Assembly (NCBI GenBank): GCA_043765375.1
Contig: JAYUJH010000016.1
Location: forward strand, 27,846-91,845
Reading direction: 5' to 3'
DNA: 64,000 nucleotides
Source of the DNA: Alphaproteobacteria bacterium
Lineage (GTDB): Bacteria; Pseudomonadota; Alphaproteobacteria; Rickettsiales; UBA998
Shown: positions 57,935 to 64,000 of the stretch, one piece after another
Layout: each line of letters begins with the position of its first letter
Numbering within the stretch: position 1 is the first letter of the stretch
Translations under genes and position numbers: made by a program
The notes under the pieces: generated by a model
Database searches by the model: none
Seen by the model: only the letters and a program-made list of their open reading frames with translations
Told to the model about the DNA's origin: nothing

Positions 57935-60145
57935 ATGAAACACAAACATATTAACTCTAAAAAAATATTACTAGCTTTGTTTGCAGCAACTCAATTGATG
58001 AGCAATGATGCGCAGGCTCGCAGGCTAGTTCCAGAAAGCCCAAGCGTTGAAGTGAGGTTGGAAGCGTTACGGATTTTGCAAAACTCCATTCAAAATGAGC
58101 TATATTCTCCGCCATCTTCAGATGGAATCGTTGCGTCCGCGCCCTTAAAGTCTGCGCCTTATAAAGCCACTCCATTCAAGCCAGCCCAATTCAAGCCAGC
58201 TACTAATTACACCAAGCCCATAGCTCCGTCAGTGGTAGCGACAACGCCAGTAATTCCAGCAAAAATAATTGCAAAGCCTGAGATGGTTGCGCCAGTGAAA
58301 GTTGCAGCGAAGCCTATAATAGCGAAGCCCGCAATAGCACAGCCAGCCATAGTTCCGCTAGCCATAGTCCCACCAGTTATAATTCCTAGCCCTGTGGTAG
58401 AGAAAAAAATCGTAGCCACGCCGATTATTAAGCAGCCTCAACCGCCAACAATCGCTAAAGTAATTCCGCCAAGAGTGGACATGCCAAAAATTGATATGGT
58501 GAAAGTTGCTGAGCCGCTTAAGGAAATAGCTCCAATTGCAATAGAAAAATCCGCGGTTACGCCAGCCCTTGTTGACAAAAAAGATTTGCCGAAAAAAATT
58601 GAAACGCCAATAATTGCGCCGTCATTAATTGAAAAAACCTTGCCGTCAATGCCCGCAAAACTGCCTGATAATAAAGTGTTATTGCCACTTGAAATTATTG
58701 AAGAAGATTCTAAGAAAGCGAATAAAGTAATTGGTGAAGAATTAAGCCTTGATGAATTATTAGGCGAGGAAACTCCGAAGCCAGCAAAGGAAATCACTAA
58801 ACTTAAGAAAATAAATGCACCAGAAGAGCTAAAAAAATCAAGTAAATTGCCAGAGCCTGAAATCCCAGCATTAGAGCCAGATTTCGTCGATATTGCGAGC
58901 AATATTAAGGATAATAATGCGCCCCAAATTGATGAGAAACTGATTGGCGAGCCGCTAATTAACAAAGACTTGCAAGAATTGCCGAAAAACTTGGAGGAAT
59001 TGGAAAATATCAAACCTATTGCACCACTAACTCCACCCGCCATAGCAGCGAAAACAGCGAAAGACCCCTTTCACGTTCCCGCGCCTAAAAATGAGTTAAC
59101 CGCAGATTTGTCTGTTGAAAAATTACCAATAGCAGATTTGCCAGTCACAAAATTAGTGGATAAAAATGCACCACCAGTTGATATGCCATTAGATTTGGCT
59201 GATATTGAAGAGGGTTCAAAATCGGTTCCTGATGTGGTGAAAAAGTCTGCAATTGAACCGTTAATTTCGGAAAAAAACACGCCTAAATCACCAGAAAAGC
59301 TCCCAATACAAACCACGCAACAATCACCAGAAAAAGTGGGAAAAATAGTTGAAAATCAAGCTGCAAAAGAAGGTATATTGCCTAATTTAAGCACTGGATT
59401 TGCATCATTTTTGGGTGAGCCGAAAGCGAAAAAAACAGCTCCAATTGTGCCAGCTGAAAAATCAGCGAAACCAAATATAGCTCCGCCAGTTGATGAATTG
59501 CCTAACTTACCAACATTTAATGATGCAGCTCCTCCCGTTGATGGGCCATTATCTAGTGATAATTCCGCACCTGAGGAAGGCGATTTAGCAAATGAAAAAC
59601 TGCCAACCTTACCAACATTTGCTGATAATAGGGCGGTTCAAGCTAATAATGAACCATTGCCGACATTACCATTTGGTGAACCAGTTGTTGAACCAGAGAA
59701 AATAATTCCAAAAGTTGCAACTCCAAAACTGCCTGTAAAAAAAGAGCAGCAAATTGCCATGTTGCCTGATGAAATATCTAAATCAACAGCAATTTCTGAA
59801 CCAAAAATAGCACAAAATAATGCAGTGCAAAATGATAAAGGCAATGCGTTGACGGTGGTGTTCTCACAATCAGAGACAGAGGTTCCGCTAGGGTCACAAC
59901 AACCTTTAATTGCACTAGCTAAACAATTAGTTGCGAATAATTCTGAAAATATCAAAATAATAGCTTATGCCTCGGGCAGTAACGATCAGGTGAGTGTTGC
60001 CCGACGAATCTCGTTGGCGCGTGCCTTGGCAGTGCGAGCATTTATGATTGATTTAGGCGTTTCAAACACTAGCATTTCCGTGAAAGCGATGGGCAATGAT
60101 ATTCCGTCTGGTTCGCCAGAACGTGCAGATATTATCGTTAATTAA
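57935..60145 (+). CDS. Large proline/lysine-rich periodic protein with a C-terminal OmpA-like peptidoglycan-binding domain
   Basis: A signal peptide is present. About 600 aa of P/K/I/A-rich repeats follow (KP.IAKPAIAQPAIVP...). The C-terminal IIAYASG...RRISLARALAVRAFMIDLGV segment is typical of OmpA_C. Confidence 0.7.
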   Translation: MKHKHINSKKILLALFAATQLMSNDAQARRLVPESPSVEVRLEALRILQNSIQNELYSPPSSDGIVASAPLKSAPYKATPFKPAQFKPATNYTKPIAPSVVATTPVIPAKIIAKPEMVAPVKVAAKPIIAKPAIAQPAIVPLAIVPPVIIPSPVVEKKIVATPIIKQPQPPTIAKVIPPRVDMPKIDMVKVAEPLKEIAPIAIEKSAVTPALVDKKDLPKKIETPIIAPSLIEKTLPSMPAKLPDNKVLLPLEIIEEDSKKANKVIGEELSLDELLGEETPKPAKEITKLKKINAPEELKKSSKLPEPEIPALEPDFVDIASNIKDNNAPQIDEKLIGEPLINKDLQELPKNLEELENIKPIAPLTPPAIAAKTAKDPFHVPAPKNELTADLSVEKLPIADLPVTKLVDKNAPPVDMPLDLADIEEGSKSVPDVVKKSAIEPLISEKNTPKSPEKLPIQTTQQSPEKVGKIVENQAAKEGILPNLSTGFASFLGEPKAKKTAPIVPAEKSAKPNIAPPVDELPNLPTFNDAAPPVDGPLSSDNSAPEEGDLANEKLPTLPTFADNRAVQANNEPLPTLPFGEPVVEPEKIIPKVATPKLPVKKEQQIAMLPDEISKSTAISEPKIAQNNAVQNDKGNALTVVFSQSETEVPLGSQQPLIALAKQLVANNSENIKIIAYASGSNDQVSVARRISLARALAVRAFMIDLGVSNTSISVKAMGNDIPSGSPERADIIVN

Positions 60146-60157
60146 CCTTGTGAACTA

Positions 60158-60853
60158 ATGATGGATTGTGCATCGGCTCTGGACAAAATAACCGCAGAAA
60201 TTGCAAATGCGAATATTTCGCATCAAGTGACAATTGAGGCGGTAAGCAAGCAGCAGCCACAATATAAAATACAATCGCTATTAGAGCATGGTCATAGAGT
60301 TTTTGCGGAAAACAAGGTGCAAGAAGCTAAGCAGCATTGGGAGCATCTGCGAGAGCTATATACGGACGTAAAATTGCACCTAATAGGAGCATTGCAACGC
60401 AATAAAGTTCGCCAAGCGGTTGCATTATTTGACGTGATAGAAACGATTGATAGCATGAAACTAGCGCATGAAACGGCGATTGAAGCGCAAAAAATCAACA
60501 AACAACAGCATATTATGTTGCAGGTGAATATTGGGGCGGAAGCGCAAAAATCAGGAGTGATGCTCACAGATTTGCATGAACTTGTGGATTTTTGTGTTAA
60601 TAATCAATGGCTTGAGCTTAACGGGCTGATGTGTATTCCACCATATTATTTAGCCCCAGAACCATATTTTGCGCAGATGCAAACTTTGCAACAGCAATTT
60701 CAATTGCCACATTTAAGCATGGGAATGAGTAGCGATTATATGAGTGCAATTAATTTTGGTGCAACTCATGTGCGTTTGGGGACGGTATTATTTGGTGAGA
60801 GGAACTCGCCACATGACAAAACTTCATCAGGCGAGAGGCAAAATGACGCATAA
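60158..60853 (+). CDS. yggS: YggS family pyridoxal-phosphate homeostasis protein
   Basis: The motifs AVSKQQP (PLP Lys), FAENKVQE, HLIGALQRNK and SMGMSSDY are present. Confidence 0.85.
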   Translation: MMDCASALDKITAEIANANISHQVTIEAVSKQQPQYKIQSLLEHGHRVFAENKVQEAKQHWEHLRELYTDVKLHLIGALQRNKVRQAVALFDVIETIDSMKLAHETAIEAQKINKQQHIMLQVNIGAEAQKSGVMLTDLHELVDFCVNNQWLELNGLMCIPPYYLAPEPYFAQMQTLQQQFQLPHLSMGMSSDYMSAINFGATHVRLGTVLFGERNSPHDKTSSGERQNDA

Positions 60854-60866
60854 CTCAAAAAAAACA

Positions 60867-60895
60867 TTGACAGGTTGGCAAAAAATGGCTATTAC
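60867..60895 (+). promoter_or_regulatory. Possible sigma70-type promoter upstream of rpsD (TTGACA-17 nt-TATTAC)
   Basis: A -35 TTGACA lies at about 60867-60872 and a -10-like TATTAC at about 60890-60895, roughly 40 nt before the rpsD GTG. This is based on the motif only. Confidence 0.3.
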
Positions 60896-60933
60896 ACATG
60901 GTTTAATATAGTAAATTAAGGTGTGGTTTAATT

Positions 60934-61551
60934 GTGAGCAAGCGTATTCAGGCTAAATATAAATTAAGTAGAAGAATGGGTGAAAATATCTGGGGTAGAG
61001 CCAAAGATCCCGTCATCAAACGTTCATACGGCCCAGGTCAGCACGGTGCTGCGCGTCGCCGCAAACTCTCCGATTATGGCTTGCAATTGCGTGCCAAACA
61101 AAAATTGAAAGGCTATTATGGTAGCATATCTGAAAAACAATTTTTGCGTATTTATAAAGAAGCAGTTCGCTTGAAAGGTGACACATCTGAGAATCTGGTT
61201 GGATTGTTAGAGTGTCGCTTGTCAAGTTTTATTTATCGCATGGGCGTTGTGCCAACGGTATTTGCCTCACGTCAATTCGTTAATCATGGCCATGTTTTGG
61301 TTAATGGCAAAAAAGTTAATATTCCAAGTTATACGCTAAAAGTTGGTGATGTGGTGACAGTTAAAGACGCATCTCGCCAGATTCCAATGGTGCTGGAAGC
61401 GTTGCAAAATGCTGAACGCAAAGCACCAGAATATATTGAGATGGACGAGAAAAACATGAGCGCAAAAATGCTGCGTAAGCCAGCTTTCATGGAGATTCCT
61501 TATCCCGTTACTATGGAGCCTAACTTGGTGGTAGAGTTTTATTCAAGATAA
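60934..61551 (+). CDS. rpsD: 30S ribosomal protein S4
   Basis: The segments [12 protein letters not shown] and LERRLD-like ([13 protein letters not shown]) and an S4 RNA-binding domain are present. The length is 205 aa. Confidence 0.95.
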   Translation: MSKRIQAKYKLSRRMGENIWGRAKDPVIKRSYGPGQHGAARRRKLSDYGLQLRAKQKLKGYYGSISEKQFLRIYKEAVRLKGDTSENLVGLLECRLSSFIYRMGVVPTVFASRQFVNHGHVLVNGKKVNIPSYTLKVGDVVTVKDASRQIPMVLEALQNAERKAPEYIEMDEKNMSAKMLRKPAFMEIPYPVTMEPNLVVEFYSR

Positions 61552-61575
61552 TTTTAACTTGGTTAATATCGTGCT

Positions 61576-62118
61576 ATGTCAATTTATTTCAAAAAAATAT
61601 TATCGGTTTTGTTGATAACAATATTAGTGGGTTGCACTGATTATAACATTGAAACACCAGAAATTGATAATAGTGCGATATTAATGATGAATGTTGGGGC
61701 AATAAATATTGTTCCTTATGAAGGTGCGGAATCAAATATACTACCAATTGCGGCTTCTGCATTAACAAAGCAATGGTTTGAGCGCAAAATAAAAATATCA
61801 AATAAAGGTGAGGCGAGGTTTGAGGTTGAAATAGCTGATGCACGAACTTATGTTGACAGGGCATCAAATGTGAAGTTCAATGCTTACACTACCGAGATAA
61901 AAGTGAATTATAAATTATATGAATCGCAACAAAACTTGGCCAGTATGGTTGCTAATTCCAGTTTGAAGATGACTCGTGAAGTGAAAAAAGATGTTTCAAT
62001 TGGTGATGAAGATAAGTTTTTCGCTAATAATAATCGTCAATTGGTTGACAGAATGAACCGAGAATTTCCTGCTCAGATTGAGAAATATTTCTCTGAGAAG
62101 ATTTTGATGACACGATAA
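61576..62118 (+). CDS. Hypothetical lipoprotein
   Basis: A signal peptide with lipobox LVGC is present. I recognise no family. Confidence 0.45.
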   Translation: MSIYFKKILSVLLITILVGCTDYNIETPEIDNSAILMMNVGAINIVPYEGAESNILPIAASALTKQWFERKIKISNKGEARFEVEIADARTYVDRASNVKFNAYTTEIKVNYKLYESQQNLASMVANSSLKMTREVKKDVSIGDEDKFFANNNRQLVDRMNREFPAQIEKYFSEKILMTR

Positions 62119-63035
62119 TGTCTATTTATTTGCCAATTGCTCAAATGTCCGTTGACATTTTTATGCTTTTAGCATTGGGAGGGGGCGCTGGTATTTTATC
62201 AGGATTATTCGGAATTGGTGGCGGATTCTTAATAACTCCATTGCTAATATTTGGTGGAGTTCCGCCCGCTATTGCCGTTTCAAGCGTTGCAACTCAAATG
62301 ATTGCCTCCTCCATTTCTGGATTTAGCTCACATTGGCGCAATAATAATGTTGATTTTCGTATGGGTTGCTTGCTGTTAATCGGCGGATTTATTGGCTCTA
62401 GTTTGGGGGTTTATTTATTTAGTTACCTCCAAAAATTAGGGCAAATTGATATTGTCATCTCAATTGGATATGTTATATTACTTAGCATAATAGGTGGAAT
62501 GATGGCGTTTGAAAGCGTTAATGCAATATTGCGCAAAAAAATAGTTGCAAGCGACGAGCCAACTATAAATATTCAGCAATCAAAATTACCTTGGATTGTG
62601 TATTTCCCTCATTCTAACCTGCATATCAGCATCATAATTCCATTACTCACGAGCATTTTTATTGGGATTTTCGTCTCAATGCTTGGAGTTGGAGGCGGTT
62701 TTTTTATGATACCCGCCATGATTTATATCTTCAAAATGCCTGCAAAGATTGTAGTTGGCACATCGCTGTTTCAAATGATTTTCATATCCGCTAATGTGAC
62801 ATTTTTGCAAGCAATCACCACGCAAACTGTGGATATTTTCCTAGCGGGTCTGTTGTTAATTGGTTCGTCAATCGGAGCGCAGCTGGGGATTCGCCTCACC
62901 ACAAAATTACCAACTGAATATTTGCGCTCAATTCTTGCATTAATTGTGCTTGGAATTGCGCTCCAATTGGCGTTGAAACTGACATTAACGCCCACTGATT
63001 TATATGAAATGCTCTTAATTCGTAACAACTTATAA
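62118..63035 (+). CDS. TauE/SafE (DUF81) family anion exporter permease
   Basis: It has about 8 TM helices and repeated GGGFL(I/M)(T/I)P motifs in both halves. Confidence 0.7.
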   Translation: MSIYLPIAQMSVDIFMLLALGGGAGILSGLFGIGGGFLITPLLIFGGVPPAIAVSSVATQMIASSISGFSSHWRNNNVDFRMGCLLLIGGFIGSSLGVYLFSYLQKLGQIDIVISIGYVILLSIIGGMMAFESVNAILRKKIVASDEPTINIQQSKLPWIVYFPHSNLHISIIIPLLTSIFIGIFVSMLGVGGGFFMIPAMIYIFKMPAKIVVGTSLFQMIFISANVTFLQAITTQTVDIFLAGLLLIGSSIGAQLGIRLTTKLPTEYLRSILALIVLGIALQLALKLTLTPTDLYEMLLIRNNL

Positions 63036-63056
63036 TTCGTAATAGATAGGCAAAAT

Positions 63057-63191
63057 ATGAAAATAATTTTATTGCTAATTTGCTGTCTAACCATCAATTC
63101 ATGCGGGATTCAAGGGAACTTAGTGCGCCCGAAAGACATTCAGCAATATGAAAACAAAAAGGAGAATAATCGTGGATCACTTCCATTATAA
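63057..63191 (+). CDS. Small (44 aa) lipoprotein, LptM/YifL-like, not in the ORF track
   Basis: The hand translation is MKIILLLICCLTINSCGIQGNLVRPKDIQQYENKKENNRGSLPL. It has the lipobox INSC followed by a G.(Q/K)G.L..P motif. It sits immediately upstream of lysA, as in many proteobacteria, and overlaps the lysA start by about 20 nt. Confidence 0.5.
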   Translation: MKIILLLICCLTINSCGIQGNLVRPKDIQQYENKKENNRGSLPL

Positions 63192-64000
63192 AAATCAAAC
63201 TTTGCACGCAGAAAATGTAGCAATTGCAACGATTGCCGAGCAAGTTGGAACGCCGTTTTATTGCTATTCCACAGCAACTTTGCGCCATCATATGCAGGTG
63301 ATGCGGGCAAGCCTTGCACCGCTAAACCCCAAAATATGTTTTGCGGTCAAAGCAAATGGTAATCCGCATATTTTGGATGTTTTGCGAGATGAAGGAGCGG
63401 GCGCAGACGTGGTTTCAGCGGGTGAAATCCGTGTTGCATTGAAAGCAGGAATTGCGCCACAAAATATTGTTTTTTCAGGGGTTGGCAAAACCAAGGCGGA
63501 GATGCAATTTGCTTGTGCGCAAAATATTTTTCAGTTTAATGTGGAATCATTGGCGGAATTGCACTCCTTGAACGAAGTTGCAGGCGAGATGCAAGTTAAG
63601 GCTCGCATCGCCATTCGTGTGAACCCCGATGTTGACGCTGGCACGCATGAAAAAATTACCACAGGGCGCAAGGATTCCAAGTTTGGGATTGATATTGAAG
63701 TCGCACCCGCTGTTTATGAAGTAGCAAAAAGTCTGCCAAATATTATAATTCAAGGGGTTTCGGTGCATATTGGTTCACAACTGACTAACCTTGCACCATT
63801 TGCACAAGCGTTCAAACGAGTGAGACATTTTGTGGAAATGATGCGGGCAAATGGCTATGCGCTGCCCGTAATAGATTTAGGGGGGGGGCTTGGAATACCC
63901 TATGATTTGGCTGAAAAAACTCCACCAACTCCACAACAATATGGGGCAGTTATTGCTGAAATAATGAGTGGGTTGCAAGCTGATTATGTGTTTGAACCAG
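63172..64000 (+). CDS. lysA: Diaminopimelate decarboxylase (3' end outside window)
   Basis: The GTG start was translated by hand: VDHFHYKNQTLHAENVAIATIAEQVGTPFYCYS...ICFAVKANGN (PLP Lys)...HIGSQ...DLGGGLGIPY. The ORF is open to the window end, so it is absent from the track. Confidence 0.85.
   Translation, partial: MDHFHYKNQTLHAENVAIATIAEQVGTPFYCYSTATLRHHMQVMRASLAPLNPKICFAVKANGNPHILDVLRDEGAGADVVSAGEIRVALKAGIAPQNIVFSGVGKTKAEMQFACAQNIFQFNVESLAELHSLNEVAGEMQVKARIAIRVNPDVDAGTHEKITTGRKDSKFGIDIEVAPAVYEVAKSLPNIIIQGVSVHIGSQLTNLAPFAQAFKRVRHFVEMMRANGYALPVIDLGGGLGIPYDLAEKTPPTPQQYGAVIAEIMSGLQADYVFEP

Noticed and set aside
63880-63888. A G9 tract in lysA, a C8 tract in the glycosyltransferase (about 14380-14387), and G7 tracts in the BMP gene (about 23572-23578) and rfbB (about 16104-16110), considered as phase-variation sites.
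   Set aside because: They encode conserved glycine or proline motifs (for example DLGGGLGIP in LysA) in housekeeping enzymes, where on/off switching is implausible. I keep them only as a control for judging the C12 tract.

Overview
This window looks like a chromosomal segment of an AT-rich alphaproteobacterium-like genome. The lineage call rests on a system I cytochrome c maturation set (ccmA, ccmE-F-G-H), a CckA-type hybrid histidine kinase, MlaA/MlaC, a bactofilin+M23 pair and the Entner-Doudoroff genes glk-edd; it is inferred from gene content only. I count about 58 protein-coding genes. I could not recognise any rRNA, tRNA, CRISPR array, transposase or integrase. Most genes are housekeeping genes in a scrambled order, with many pathway genes standing alone. 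Many conserved proteins carry short in-frame tandem microduplications or low-complexity inserts. Five accessory items stand out. (1) At 24918-26644 an AT-rich two-gene cassette sits between the guaB side and hemC. It encodes an ABC/AAA_15-21-like ATPase and a 157-aa protein with a PD-(D/E)xK-type motif, and it is my best candidate for an undescribed defence-like system. (2) At 9404-13233 two tandem, translationally coupled paralogs fuse a prepilin signal plus GspG-like pilin domain to a 7-bladed RCC1 propeller, with no pilus machinery nearby. One paralog has a C12 tract at the domain hinge. (3) At 14464-15887 a DPPY methyltransferase and a candidate restriction enzyme are spliced almost without gaps into an rfbB-glycosyltransferase operon. 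(4) A CckA-like kinase is divided by a single in-frame TAA. (5) A family of palindromic intergenic elements includes a ~170-bp nested-palindrome MITE-like copy. Coordinates for features not in the ORF track were counted by hand and may be off by 1-2 nt.
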